Shown here: positions 41,977 to 53,207 of the stretch, in pieces
Layout of the letters: each line of letters opens with the position of its first letter
Position numbering within the stretch: the stretch's first letter is position 1
Assembly: GCA_963749495.1 (NCBI GenBank)
Contig: CAVVMW010000001.1
Span: 736,001-800,000 of the forward strand
Source: an uncultured bacterium
Lineage (GTDB): Bacteria > Verrucomicrobiota > Verrucomicrobiia > Limisphaerales > UBA8199
Reading direction: 5' to 3'
Length of the DNA stretch: 64,000 nt
Notes under the pieces: model-generated
Told to the model about the DNA's origin: nothing
Seen by the model: the letters and a program-made list of their open reading frames with translations, nothing else
Databases searched by the model: none
Translations under genes and position numbers: made by a program

Positions 41977-44900
41977 ATGAAACACACGGTAATGAATCCA
42001 GTCACTGTCCGGTGTCTCCGCTGTCTTTTGGCGGTTTGTTGGCTGGCGGTTTCCGCCTGGGCGCAGGCCACTCCGGCAGCCGAGGCCAGCCCGACGCGCC
42101 CGCTGAAGGTGGGGTGGGCCGTGGCCGATATCACCCCCACTCGCCCGGTCGCGCTCATCGGCCAATTGCACAAGCGCGTCTCGACCGGCGTCCGTGATCC
42201 GTTGACGGCCACGGTTCTGGCCCTGGAAACTCAAGGCGGAGACAGACCGGAACAGGCCATCCTCGTCTCCTGCGATCTGCTGTTCATTCAACGAGCGATT
42301 CAACAGCGCCTGCAGGAAAAGATCCGCGCTCAACTGCCGGAGTTCGACAGCGCAAAATTGTTCCTCAACGCCACCCATACCCACACCGCACCGGGCCTCG
42401 TGGACAGCACGTTCAAAGATCTTTACGACGTGAGCCAGGACGCGGGTGTCATGAAGGCATCCGAGTACGCCGAATTCTTTGTGGAGCGCGTCTCCGAGGC
42501 GGCAATCCGGGCCTGGAAAAACCGGGCGCCCGGAAGCATGAGTTGGGCGCTCAGCCAGGCCGTGGTCAGTTTCAACCGCCGCGCCGTGTTCCGCAATGGT
42601 TCCGCCGTGATGTACGGCAACACGCGAGCGCCCGACTTCGCCTATGTCGAGGGTCCGGATGATCACGCGGTGAACCTTCTGTTTTTCTGGGGAGCCAGGA
42701 CGAATTGGACCGGTGTGGTGATTAACCTGGCCGCCACCGCGCAGGAAACCGAGCAGTTATACGAGGTCTCAGCCGATTTCTGGCACGACGTGCGCGAGGC
42801 GCTCCATCGGCGGCACGGGGCGGAACTCTTTATATTGCCCCAGTGCGCGCCCGCGGGCGATTCGTCTCCCCACCCGATTTACCGGCAGGCGGCGGAGCAG
42901 GCTATGGATCGGAGACGCGGCCTCTCGCGCCGCAAAGAAATCGCGCGCCGGATTGCGAACGCCGTTGATGACGCGTTGCCTGTGGCCGAGAATGCCCGGC
43001 AGAGCGAACTGGTCTTCCGGCACACCGTGGCGAGCGCCAACCTCCCGGAGCCACAACCAGTCCCGGAACCGTTTTACGAAACCGACCCGGTGCAGCCAAT
43101 CGAGTTCCACGTGCTGCGTCTGGGCGATGTGGCGATGGCCACATGCCCTTTCGAGCTCTACCTCGACTACGCCATCCGCATCCAGGCGCGCAGCCCGGCG
43201 GTGCCGACGCTGCTCGTCCAGCTTGCCTGCGGCGCCAGCGGGTACTTGCCCACGGCCCGAGCGGTCCAGGGCGGCGGCTACAGCGCTGACAAGTTCCGCG
43301 TCGGTCCCGAGGGCGGGCAGGTGCTCGTGGAAGAGACCCTCCGGCAAATCGATGCTCTGTTCGCCCCCGGCGCGTCCCATGCGGAAAGTGCTGGTCCAAA
43401 GTGCACGGTCGACGTTTCCCGGCCAGGAGCCATCGTTGCCCCGATTTGCAGGGGCCAGCAAATCGAGGAGTTCAACCACCAGTTTGAGGGAGGGTTATAC
43501 GCCCAGTTGATCAACAATCCCTCCTTCGAGGAGCTGAAGAATCCGGTCGCTGGATGGAGTTTAGTCAAACAAGGAACCTCGAATGGCAATTTATCCGGGC
43601 AAACCTCCGCCGAGACCGCCATGCTGAACAACCGCCAAAATCATTGCGCCAAACTTGAGGTGACTTCGGTGGCGTCCGGGAGCGTGGGCCTGGCAAATGA
43701 GGGGTACTGGGGAATCGCGTTAAGGAACCATACGACCTACAGAGTTTCCTTTTGGGCCAAGAAAGGCCCGCGTTTCACTGGAACCCTGAAGGCGACATTG
43801 GAAAGCAATGGCGGCGCCGTTTACGCTCGATCGCCCGATATCGAGCCGACTGCCACCTGGCAGCATTTCACCTGCGACCTCACCACCAGCGGCATTTCCA
43901 GTGTTTCCGGCGCCAACCGCTTTGTAATCTATGCCTCAGCCACGGGCGATGTGTATTTTGACGTGGTTACCCTCATGCCGCCAACCTGGAAGAACCGCCC
44001 CAATGGCCTGCGGCTCGACCTGGCTGAAAAGCTGGCGGCCTTGAAGCCCAAGTACATACAGTTCCCGGGCGGTTGCACCGCCGAGTCCGCGGGCATGGAG
44101 ATTTGCTGGAACTGGAAGAACTCCATCGGCCCCATCGAAGAAAGGCCCGGCTCCACCAGAAACAACTGGGGCTACAAGAACGACCTGTATTTCGGTTTGG
44201 ATGAGTACCTGCAATTATGCGAAGACCTGGGGGCGGAACCGGTTTATGTCTGCTCGTCAGGGATCAGTGAAAATGCCGACAACAAAGAATGGTTTGGCAT
44301 TTGCCCGCTCGATCAAATGCAGCCGATTATCGCCGATATATTGGACCTGCTCGAGTATTGCAAGGGACCCGTCTCAGCCAGGTGGGGCGCCCGGCGCGCG
44401 GCCAACGGCCATCCGGCGCCCTACAATCTCACATTCATCGAGATCGGCAACGAAAATGGCTGGCAAACGGTGAAGGACTACATTCCCCGCTACACCATGA
44501 TTCATGACGCGATATTGGCCCATTATCCTGATATGAAGATCATGTTCAATGCCACCGGTGTGCCTTCACCGGCGCCAGAGAATTTCCTGGACTTCGCCGA
44601 TGACCATTTCTATGAGAAGGACCTCTCGCATTTGCACAACAAATATGACAGCATCAACCCGGCCTGCAAAAAGATATGCGTCGCAGAGTATGCGTCCTCC
44701 ATCCACGGCAACGGAGGCGATGCAATCGGAAATTTCGGCGACGCCCTGGGCGACGCGGCCTTCATGCTGGGATGCGAAAAGAACTCCGAAAGAATGTGGT
44801 GGACAGGTTATGGGAATTATGCCGGGCTTGTTGGTCATGGCAATTTTGGTCCCTGCCTTGTCTGGAATGACGCCGTGACCGCCTTTGCCACTCCATCATA

Positions 44901-45264
44901 CTACGTGCAAAAGATGTTGTTTGTGGATAACGCGGGGTCGCGAGTCTTGCCTTTGACTCAAAATACGGCGCATTGCTGCTGGTCCGCCTCTGTGGACACT
45001 CAAGCGGGCAGGGATGACGTGCTCTTGAAGGTTGTGAACAAGTCGGACGCGCCCGAATCTGTCAGTATAACTCTCAATGGCGCCAGGGAAGTTGATCCTG
45101 TCGGGCATTTCACCGTCTTGAGCGGCGCCCTGGACGCCGAGAATTCATTGGCCGAGCCAAACCGGGTGGTTCCGTCGTCAGGCACTTTTACTGCCGGCAC
45201 TGGTTTTCAGTACCTTTTTCCCGCCCATTCTATCACCGTGCTCAGGGCAGGACTAAAACCTTAG
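41977..45264 (+). CDS. Secreted fusion: neutral-ceramidase-like domain plus GH51 alpha-L-arabinofuranosidase
   Basis: VGWAVADITP, DPLTATVLAL, NATHTHTAP, GYLPT..GGYS; then EEFNH, IQFPGGC, IEIGNEN, DDHFY, VAEYA, FPAHSITVLR. Confidence 0.85.
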   Translation: MKHTVMNPVTVRCLRCLLAVCWLAVSAWAQATPAAEASPTRPLKVGWAVADITPTRPVALIGQLHKRVSTGVRDPLTATVLALETQGGDRPEQAILVSCDLLFIQRAIQQRLQEKIRAQLPEFDSAKLFLNATHTHTAPGLVDSTFKDLYDVSQDAGVMKASEYAEFFVERVSEAAIRAWKNRAPGSMSWALSQAVVSFNRRAVFRNGSAVMYGNTRAPDFAYVEGPDDHAVNLLFFWGARTNWTGVVINLAATAQETEQLYEVSADFWHDVREALHRRHGAELFILPQCAPAGDSSPHPIYRQAAEQAMDRRRGLSRRKEIARRIANAVDDALPVAENARQSELVFRHTVASANLPEPQPVPEPFYETDPVQPIEFHVLRLGDVAMATCPFELYLDYAIRIQARSPAVPTLLVQLACGASGYLPTARAVQGGGYSADKFRVGPEGGQVLVEETLRQIDALFAPGASHAESAGPKCTVDVSRPGAIVAPICRGQQIEEFNHQFEGGLYAQLINNPSFEELKNPVAGWSLVKQGTSNGNLSGQTSAETAMLNNRQNHCAKLEVTSVASGSVGLANEGYWGIALRNHTTYRVSFWAKKGPRFTGTLKATLESNGGAVYARSPDIEPTATWQHFTCDLTTSGISSVSGANRFVIYASATGDVYFDVVTLMPPTWKNRPNGLRLDLAEKLAALKPKYIQFPGGCTAESAGMEICWNWKNSIGPIEERPGSTRNNWGYKNDLYFGLDEYLQLCEDLGAEPVYVCSSGISENADNKEWFGICPLDQMQPIIADILDLLEYCKGPVSARWGARRAANGHPAPYNLTFIEIGNENGWQTVKDYIPRYTMIHDAILAHYPDMKIMFNATGVPSPAPENFLDFADDHFYEKDLSHLHNKYDSINPACKKICVAEYASSIHGNGGDAIGNFGDALGDAAFMLGCEKNSERMWWTGYGNYAGLVGHGNFGPCLVWNDAVTAFATPSYYVQKMLFVDNAGSRVLPLTQNTAHCCWSASVDTQAGRDDVLLKVVNKSDAPESVSITLNGAREVDPVGHFTVLSGALDAENSLAEPNRVVPSSGTFTAGTGFQYLFPAHSITVLRAGLKP

Positions 45265-45299
45265 AGCCTGTTTTAAATGATGAAGACCCTTCAATTATG

Positions 45300-45424
45300 G
45301 TAACTGTTCAGGTCGCCCATAGGAGCGCGGACGCCCCGTCCGCGCGTTTTTTGCCGCCAGAGCCGTGCGGACGAGGCGTCCGCGCTCCTATGGAACGGCT
45401 TTCGGCTACGACCTGAACAGTTAC
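45300..45424. mobile_element. MITE-like element wrapping a REP palindrome
   Basis: TIR GTAACTGTTCAGGTCG/CGACCTGAACAGTTAC; AATTATG on both flanks. Confidence 0.7.
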
Positions 45425-45704
45425 GAATTATGATTCTGTCCGGCCATGATGCTGTCCTTTTCGGTTGCGGCCGGCGCGGTTTTCGTGCTGGTGCCCGAAC
45501 GTGCTGGCGGCGATTGCGGGTTTGCCGGATCCAAGGATCGTCTAACCCGGTCAGGAGGCGGGCCTTTACCTGGCGGCGGCATCCTCCCGGCTCGCTCGGC
45601 ACAGAGCCGGCATCCCTGCCGCGCAACCTTCAGCCCCTGAGCCGGCCCTCAGGCGCGACCACGCTCCAGCGCCCCCGTGCTGCGCCGAAACCGGCAACAT
45701 TTAC

Positions 45705-45902
45705 CGAAATCGCGAAATCGGGGTCAGAAATCGCGAAATCGGGGTCATCGGGGGAAATCGGGGTCGGGGGAAATCGGGGGAAATCGGGGTCACATCTATA
45801 CTTTCTTACAATCGGGGGAAATCGGGGCGGGGGAAATCGGGGTCACATCTATACTTTCTTACAACGGGGGAAATCGGGGTCACATCTATACTTTCTTACA
45901 AT
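45705..45902. repeat. Irregular tandem repeats of GAAATCGGGG and GAAATCGGGGTCACATCTATACTTTCTTACAA (x3)
   Basis: Read directly. Confidence 0.9.
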
Positions 45903-46149
45903 GTGAGTCCGGCTCACCAAATATTCCGCATGGACATCCGAGGGACGGGTGCCGGGCGGCGCTTTCTTGATTGACCTTGCGGAGCGGAGGCGGTTTCACC
46001 CGCGCAGCTTCAAAAACCGGCGGCGCGGCAAAAACCACGTTCCTTGCAGTTCAGTCTCGGGGCGGGTAGTTGGGGTGCGGTGCGTGATAGCGGTCGAGCA
46101 TGGGGCAGAATCCGGACTCATCCGCAGCGGCAGAACGAGATGCGTCGGG

Positions 46150-46362
46150 TGCGTCGCGTAGCAACGCGGCGAAGGTAGCCGTGGACCTCGGTCCACGGTT
46201 CGGGGCGTCGGAAGAAGCTCGCGTCGCGTAGCGACGCCTGACGGTTTGGCGCTGGCAGATCGGCTTCCGTCTTCAGGCGTCGCTACGCGACGCGGACGAG
46301 CTTGGGCCATGGGTCCGTGGACTGGAAGTCCACGGCTACCATCGGCAACCGCTACGCGGTGA
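46150..46362. repeat. REP-like palindromic element, copy 3
   Basis: Very similar to 18195-18392. Confidence 0.85.
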
Positions 46363-46719
46363 TGAAAGGCGACGAAGTGGAAATCCGCAAGCGAAAGCAC
46401 GAAACCCGGAACTGGCAGAAAGATGCTCTGGCAGAAAAATGGTTTGTTCCCATTTTTTTGCCATTTCATCTCACGCGCGCAGCGTCAATAACCGGCGGCG
46501 CGGCAAAAACCAAATTCCTTTCAGTTCTATCACCGTGCTCAGGGTAGGACTAAAACCTTAGAGCCTGTTTTAAATTTGAGATGAACATAGGATTCCTCGG
46601 GTTCCTGCTGGCCACTGCCGCAGGGCTTGAAAGCCAGGCCGAAAACAGTGACATCTTGACAGCCGCGCCGTATTGGAACAGGATGCGCCATCAACACAAC
46701 CGATCAATTTGGCTTGCGT

Positions 46720-47765
46720 ATGAATCCGCCTTTCTCTGCCCATTGGTCACGCCGCCGGTTTCTCATGGCCGCTGGCGCGGTCTTGTTTGCTCCATCCCTC
46801 CTCCACGCAGGCTGGCTGGGACACAAGCCCCTGGAACGGCGCATCGTCCCCTGCGGCCCGGGGGCGAAGTATGTGCCGAAGATCCATGCCGCGTTCGTGC
46901 GGCGCAAGGGCGATTACGGCATCCTCTGGCCCGGGGCGATTTACGACGGCGAGGCCGCCCGGCGCGAGTATAGCGCCCAGGTGGCCGCGGCTGAGGGGCA
47001 ACTTGGCCTGCAGATCCGGCTGCGACCGGAACCGATCTACTCGGCAGAGGAGGCGGGGACCTGGCTGGCCCAGGCCAAGGCCGACAAACCCGATGGCTTT
47101 GCCAAGACCTCATCAACGGCCTCAAGAGCTACGCCGTGGCCCGGAGCCTGCTCGAACGGGAAGAGGCCGACGCCATCACTATGGATTGCCTCGGCGCCTT
47201 GGGGCGGACCAGGATTAGCCTGCCGTGTATCGCGTGGTCCCGAATGCTGGACCAGGGCATCCCCGCGGCCTGTGAAGCCGACCTGGGCGCGGTCGTGACC
47301 CACGCGCTCGTGCAATTGCTCTTCGATCGGCCGGGTTTTCAGCAAGACCCGGTGCCGGAGACGGCAAGAGGCTGTCTCATCGGCGCGCATTGCTGTTGCG
47401 CCACCCGGCTCAATGGCCTGAGCCAACCGCCCGAGCCGTTCGACATCACGCACCACCACGGCAACCGGGACGCTGTGCCGCGGACCCACTGGCGCGAGGG
47501 CCAGCGAGTCACGATAGCCGACGTGCTGCTGCCGCAAGAGACCCCGGACAACTCCCCGCAGATGGTGATTGGCACCGGCACGGTCGTGGAAAACGTGCCC
47601 GTCCCCCCTCATGGCGGCTGCGTGGTCTCAGTCATGCTCAAGCTGGATACCCAGCCCAACCTCCTGGCCTATCCCGGCTTTCACCAGCTCTTTTTCTACG
47701 GCGACTACAAAAGGGAACTGCTGGCCTACTGCAACTTGTTCGGCATCCGGCCGGTAGTGGCGTAG
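46720..47765 (+). pseudogene. Tat-exported L-fucose/L-arabinose isomerase-like protein, frameshifted and probably internally deleted near 47100
   Basis: SRRRFL; second half AITMDCL, LPCIA, ACEADL, GAHC, GFHQ; shorter than the neighbouring paralog. Confidence 0.7.
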
Positions 47766-47897
47766 CCGGTTTTCTCCGGAAATTCGAACAGGGCTGGACC
47801 TCGCCAAATGCCTTTCAAGGCAAGATCGAGCACACTGCGTTGAAGGGCGGCAAGTAGAAGGTGTTGTGGGTCTCGGCGTCTTTCCTTTCGACCCCCC

Positions 47898-49382
47898 TCA
47901 GACCGCCTTTGGCAGCCGCTGCACCTCAATCCCCACCTTCTTTGCCGCGTAGGCCACCTCGCGTCCCCAGTCGCCATAGGCGATCTGGCAGTGGAACCCG
48001 CGCATATTGCGGATGACATCCTGCGTGTCGGCGTCCAGGGCGATTTCGATCTGCGCCCGGCAGGTGGCCAGGAACGGCGTGTCCACGATCTTGCCAGTCA
48101 GGGCCAGCCAGTGTCGGGCCTCAAAGTCCGGCTTGATGACCGTGACGGGCTGTCCCTTGCGGAAATGCACGTGCGTGGCGGCGCCGCAATCCGACTCATA
48201 GTGGGTGACCAACGTGACGGGCTCGAGCCGTTTGCCGTCCATCCGGCGCGGGGCCGTGCAATGCGCGAAGAGCATCCGCCCGGCGTGGGGAAAGGAGGGG
48301 TTGCAAAAATAGGTGGGCCGGCCCGCGATATAGTGCATGAGGATGCCGGCGGGGATGTTCACAAAGTCCGATTCACAGTAGGCCATATAGCCGGCATCGT
48401 TGGTCAGCGTGAGGGTGAGACAGGGCATGATGCCGGCATAGCCGTTCATGCAGGCGTTGGTGGTCACCGCGCAAGCGTCGTGCTTGGTCATCAGGCCACG
48501 AAACAGTTCCTTGAGCAGGAAGGCCTCAGCCACGGCGTCTTCCCCGATCCGCGACGAGACACCGTGGGCGGCCATGTAACTCCGAGCCTCCCGCTTGCAC
48601 CGGGCCACCACGGCGGCATCTTTCCGGGCCGACTCGATCAGGGCGTTCACCTCCGGCACCGGCACCGTGACCATGTCCAATTGGAAGCGCTGGCGAGCCC
48701 GCTCGGGCGCCTGCGGGCACGACCAGCCGCCCGGCCCCCCCACGCACACGATGCGGCGGCCCACCGTGTTTTTCAGGCCGTATAACGCCCGCAGGCGCCA
48801 CAGGACCTCCGCCGGGTCGTCCACCACCACGTCCTCGAGACCGGCGGCGGTCTGTTTCACTTCATCGGTGTGGCTGCGCAGGAAGCGCGAGTCCACGATC
48901 TCGTGCCACAAGTAATAGGGGCCCGACTTCTCGCGGACGAAGATCACCATGGGCTTGCCCAGTCCAGCCAAGGATTCCAGCACATCCGTGCCGCTGCCGG
49001 AGGCATAGACCACCAGCGCGTCAGGTTTTGCGTCCTTCAATGTGTCCACCTGTTGCCGGGTGCTCAGCTTGGCGGCCGGCAACATCCGCAGCCCGAAATC
49101 AGCCAGGCCGGCCAGACGTTTCAGTTCACCGTTGATGCGCTCGACTTCCGCCGCCACCCCTGCTTCGGTCTGGACATCGCCCCACGGCCGCCAACTTCCC
49201 TTATGCCGCTCGGCAAGACCGTAAATCAGCACAGGTTGGACCCGGAGGTCGCTGGCCCCAAGGCGCATCTCGAGCGGTTCGGCGGCAAACACCTGCGGGC
49301 ACAATGCCCCGCCAGCCGCCGCCAGGCCAATCGTCGCCGTGGCCTGGAGGAATTCGCGGCGTTTCATCTCATTGGAGTTCAT
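47898..49382 (-). CDS. Tat-exported L-fucose isomerase-like protein
   Basis: KRREFL, MPCL, YCESDF, FAHCTAP, THYESDCGAA, CRAQ, GFH. Confidence 0.8.
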   Translation of the reverse strand: MNSNEMKRREFLQATATIGLAAAGGALCPQVFAAEPLEMRLGASDLRVQPVLIYGLAERHKGSWRPWGDVQTEAGVAAEVERINGELKRLAGLADFGLRMLPAAKLSTRQQVDTLKDAKPDALVVYASGSGTDVLESLAGLGKPMVIFVREKSGPYYLWHEIVDSRFLRSHTDEVKQTAAGLEDVVVDDPAEVLWRLRALYGLKNTVGRRIVCVGGPGGWSCPQAPERARQRFQLDMVTVPVPEVNALIESARKDAAVVARCKREARSYMAAHGVSSRIGEDAVAEAFLLKELFRGLMTKHDACAVTTNACMNGYAGIMPCLTLTLTNDAGYMAYCESDFVNIPAGILMHYIAGRPTYFCNPSFPHAGRMLFAHCTAPRRMDGKRLEPVTLVTHYESDCGAATHVHFRKGQPVTVIKPDFEARHWLALTGKIVDTPFLATCRAQIEIALDADTQDVIRNMRGFHCQIAYGDWGREVAYAAKKVGIEVQRLPKAV

Positions 49383-49588
49383 GGTCGGTGATGGTAGTGA
49401 GTTGGTTCTTATCGGCTAATTGCAGCCCTTCCATACGCCTTTTGCGGGCGCGCGCAAGCAAAATCGTTCTTGCTCTGCAGGGTGGCAGCCTACTGTTCCC
49501 GCACCAATTGTCAGGTCAGCACTCTCTCATGTTATCTGCTTTCATAAAGGCCGATATCCGGGGCCTGGCCGTAGTATTGTTCCACGTT

Positions 49589-51147
49589 TCATAAACCGTC
49601 ACCGGGAATTGCGAGCAGGCTGTGCTGGGTAGGAACGTAGAGCACGCCGTCAGCCGCGGTTAGAGTGATCGGGCTGGTTTTGAGGCGGGTTTTGGAGAGG
49701 ACCTGCAACTGTTTGCCTGCCTTCAAGGTCCAAAGAGTGCCTGTTTCCGTGCCGATGTACACCTTGCCATCGGCCACGAAGGATGAACCATAGCAGGTTG
49801 CGGCGCCCAGAGCGTGGACCCAATATCGCTGGCCTGTGTCGGTGTCGAAACAGTGGAGATTGCCAGTGGTATCCGGGATGTAGAGGAGACCCTCGGCGAG
49901 CGCTGGTGTCGCCAGGGATCGCTCGACCAGTTCTGAGGCCCAGACTTTGGTTCCCGTGCCGGCATCAACGCACGAGAGGCAGCCGCGTCCGTTACCGTGA
50001 AGGGGGCTCTGGCCAATGGCCACATACACACGGGCGTTGTGGAACACCGGCGTCCCGATGATCTCGCTCGGGCCGTCTGGTCGGTTCTTGTTGCTCTTTG
50101 AGTACGGGACCGGCTGGCCATCGCGCACCCGGAAATCGGGCGGGTTGCAGTCGTAGGACCAGACCTTGTGGAGAATCCGGACCTGCGAGTCCGTGCGAGG
50201 CGCCGGGGCTCGAAAGCGTACAGGATGCCGTCACCGCCTCCGAAGAAGATCAAGGTCCGGCCATTGACCCGGCCGGGCGAGGGGGACGACCAATTGCAGT
50301 GCAACAAGCGCCGGCCGATTTTCTCATCGTCTCTGGCCACCAGCCGGCCGGTCCGCTTATCGAGGACGATCAGGCTCGGTGCATCGGGCCTGGGGACCTT
50401 CTCGTGCCGCTCATCGATGCCGTTGGAGGTGCAGGCGTAGAGGAGGTCGCCGTGGACCAGGAGCGTGCTGCCGCAAACGTCGTGCAGGACAACGTCCAAC
50501 TCGGGGATGAGGTCGTATTTCCAGAGGATGTCGCCGTCCGTCGGCTCCAGTTTGGCATCCGGCGCGTTGGTGATGCCCATGTAAGCCAGTTCATCCTGGA
50601 AAGGGCCGTCATTGCCATTCGCCTGGCCTTCCCGGTCCAGGCACAGGATCTCGCCCCGGCTGCCGATCACATAAACACGGTCTCCGTCCACCACCGGGCC
50701 CGAGCAGATGCCGCAATTCCACTGGTCGAAGTGATAGGGCGGCTTGACTCCGGCGAAGTAGCGCGGACTGGGCAACTGCCAGATCAATCTGCCGGTGGCC
50801 TGATCCACGCACATCAGAACTCCGCCGCCCGTGGGCTTGTAGCCCGTCCGCTGAACTCCGGCATCATTGGCGCCGATGTAAATCCGGCCCCGATCAATCG
50901 TGGGAATGGAGTAAGTGTGCGAACCCAGCGTCAATTCCCATAAAGGGGCGACACTGCCAGGATCGGCCGGCAAACGCTTCGCGTTGCCGGCCATGTTGGG
51001 ACTGGAACCGCCACCCCACCGAAACGGGAGGTCTGTTTCTTCCTGCCCTGAGGCGCCACAGACCATGGCTGCGGCCAGCGCGAAGGCGATGCTGACAGCA
51101 AGGAGGGACAAACCACCGGCGACGAAACGAAAGGCTGCCGGCCGCAT
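49589..51147 (-). CDS. PQQ-like/BamB-type beta-propeller protein; 1-nt frameshift in a G run near 50205
   Basis: Signal peptide; LMCVDQATGRLIW, GICSGP, NWSSP, GCLSCVDAGTGTKVW repeats. Confidence 0.85.
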
Positions 51148-51352
51148 TGAATTGTGGGATGCGTTCACCGTCGTGAAGCTTGCGCCGGCGGGCTTTGAGA
51201 AGTCAAGAGGACGAGCGCCGGAGGCCGAACGCGGGAGCCTCCAGCGGCGATCTTCCCCGTCGATCCCGGCTACGTGATTACCGGCGGTTTGCGCTCCTTC
51301 AATCGGAAAACCGTCTTGGCATGGCCTGTTCTGCGGGGTAACATCTGTTACG

Positions 51353-51661
51353 ATGAAGTTGGAATTTGATGTCCAAGCGGTGCGGCGGTTCTGCCAGGAA
51401 CGCGGGATCGCGCGTCTGGAGTTGTTCGGCTCCGCATTGCGCGACGATTTCAACGCCGACAGCGACGTGGATTTGCTGGCCAGCGTCCGGCCCGGTGTGA
51501 AATGCGGGCTGTTCGAGTGGGTGGACTGGCAGGAGGGTCTGGCGCGCATTTTCTCCCGGCCCGTGGACCTCGTCAGCCGCCGCGCGGTGGAGCGCAGTCG
51601 CAATCCATACCGCAAGCACTCGATCCTTTCGCACACCCAGCCGATATATGTCGAAGGATAA
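51353..51661 (+). CDS. Minimal nucleotidyltransferase antitoxin (MntA-like)
   Basis: LFGSALRDDFNADSDVDLL (GS-X10-DXD). Confidence 0.92.
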   Translation: MKLEFDVQAVRRFCQERGIARLELFGSALRDDFNADSDVDLLASVRPGVKCGLFEWVDWQEGLARIFSRPVDLVSRRAVERSRNPYRKHSILSHTQPIYVEG

Positions 51662-52010
51662 CGCCTACCTGCGTGACATCCTGGACTCCGCTCGGGCCAT
51701 CCGCGGTTATCTCGCAGGGATCTCCCAGGAGCAGTTCGAGGCGAACTTGGAGAAGCAGGACGCGGTGATCCGCCGTTACGCCGTCATGGGCGAAGCCGCT
51801 CGGCGCCTGTCTCCGGCTGCACTGAAAGCCCTCGCCGATCTGCCGTGGAAGCAGATCACGGGCATGCGAAACATCCTGATCCATGACTACGACGAAGTGG
51901 ATGAAGCCACGCTCTGGCACACGGCCCAGAACGATTTGCCCGCGTTGATCGTTCGTCTGGAGGTGCACCTGGCTCAACAGCCGCCACCGTTTGACCAGAA
52001 GCAGGAGTAA
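51648..52010 (+). CDS. HEPN/DUF86 RNase toxin (HepT-like)
   Basis: GMRNILIHDY (R-X4-H-X-Y); overlaps the MNT gene. Confidence 0.92.
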   Translation: MSKDNAYLRDILDSARAIRGYLAGISQEQFEANLEKQDAVIRRYAVMGEAARRLSPAALKALADLPWKQITGMRNILIHDYDEVDEATLWHTAQNDLPALIVRLEVHLAQQPPPFDQKQE

Positions 52011-52028
52011 GCCTGGCCGGATCGGTGA

Positions 52029-52754
52029 TCACTCCGGTGTGAATTTGAAATCGTGGATGATCACCTCGACCTCCCGGCCGTTCTTCGGCGCCAACCCCTT
52101 GAACAGCCACAGGTTGATGTGTACCGGCATTGGCTGTTGCGAAACGTGCCGCGAGGCCTCGCTGGGGCTGTAACCCCAGGCGTTTATCTCCTCACGGTCA
52201 TCCTCGCGGTGGCCCTGCAACGATCGGAATTTCACCTCGCCGCGGCTCCAGATGAACCGGTGCGTCGTCTGGTCACCGGTCAAGGTGAACGGGAAGGACT
52301 TGGAAACCTGCTGCAGCGACTTCACGACCGGCCACACGGTGTAGTTGCCCATCGGGTTCTTCGCATCGCCCCACCGTGCGAATTCGATGTCGATCTCGTG
52401 TGTCGCGTCCGGTCCAACATCCCCGGTGGGGTAGTTGAAAAGCCCCAGCACCACGGTGTCGTCAAGACGGTCGAGCCGGCCGGTGACTTGAAACTGGTAC
52501 CGGCCAAAACCCAGACGCCTCCGCATCGTGACTTCGGCACAGGACCATTTCCCATCCCGCAGGCTGATTTTCAAATGCAGGTTGGTCGAGGTATCCAGCC
52601 ACGCGTTGTTCTCGTCCCACGCATTGGGGCCAGGTCCGCCCCGGCCTGATCTCGCCGTCCAGGTGCAGCCCCCGAATTCAAGTTCCTTCGCCTGCGTGGA
52701 GAAACCCAACGCCAGGAACAGTCCCGCCAATAGCCATTTTGTTTTCCGGTTCAT
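52029..52754 (-). CDS. Secreted GH16-like glycoside hydrolase
   Basis: Signal peptide; LGFGRYQF, EIDIEF catalytic motif, PMPVHINLW. Confidence 0.8.
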   Translation of the reverse strand: MNRKTKWLLAGLFLALGFSTQAKELEFGGCTWTARSGRGGPGPNAWDENNAWLDTSTNLHLKISLRDGKWSCAEVTMRRRLGFGRYQFQVTGRLDRLDDTVVLGLFNYPTGDVGPDATHEIDIEFARWGDAKNPMGNYTVWPVVKSLQQVSKSFPFTLTGDQTTHRFIWSRGEVKFRSLQGHREDDREEINAWGYSPSEASRHVSQQPMPVHINLWLFKGLAPKNGREVEVIIHDFKFTPE

Positions 52755-52876
52755 CGTCAGAGTCGAGGCAGAGCATCCGGTTTCACTCGGCCGCAACCCG
52801 GGAAAGGAAAGCAAACCAAACCGCACCCATCAAGGCAAGTCGAGATTCGCGCGGAGGAAGGGAAAAGGGAAAAAGA

Positions 52877-53079
52877 AGGGCCGTTGACAAAGTCGTAGCG
52901 CAGGTTTCCAAACCTGCCGTATCGCCGATTTCCAATCGGCAGGGCGTCGGCATGTCGAGCGCCCCCGGTTTGCGGACGGCCTGCGGGTTTGGAAACCCAC
53001 GATACGGCAGGTTTGGAAACCTGCGCTACGCTGGCGCCCCTGGCGCACGGGCGCGCCGAGCGACTCTGTCAAGGGCCCT
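52877..53079. mobile_element. MITE-like element wrapping a REP palindrome
   Basis: 19-bp TIR AGGGCCGTTGACAAAGTCG/CGACTCTGTCAAGGGCCCT (2 mismatches); AAGGGAAAAAGA on both flanks. Confidence 0.75.
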
Positions 53080-53207
53080 AAGGGAAAAAGAAGGCGTTGA
53101 AGCCGGGCGTGGGCTACGGGGCCGTCCTCCCCCGTTCCGGTTGGACGGCAATCTCCGCCGGACAGTCGGGGTGGTGGGAGTGCGCAGTAACGGCCTCCCA
53201 AATCGTG

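Noticed and set aside
45705..45902. Possible CRISPR array (32-nt unit x3)
   Set aside because: Intervening sequences are themselves GAAATCGGGG repeats of unequal length, and no cas genes are present
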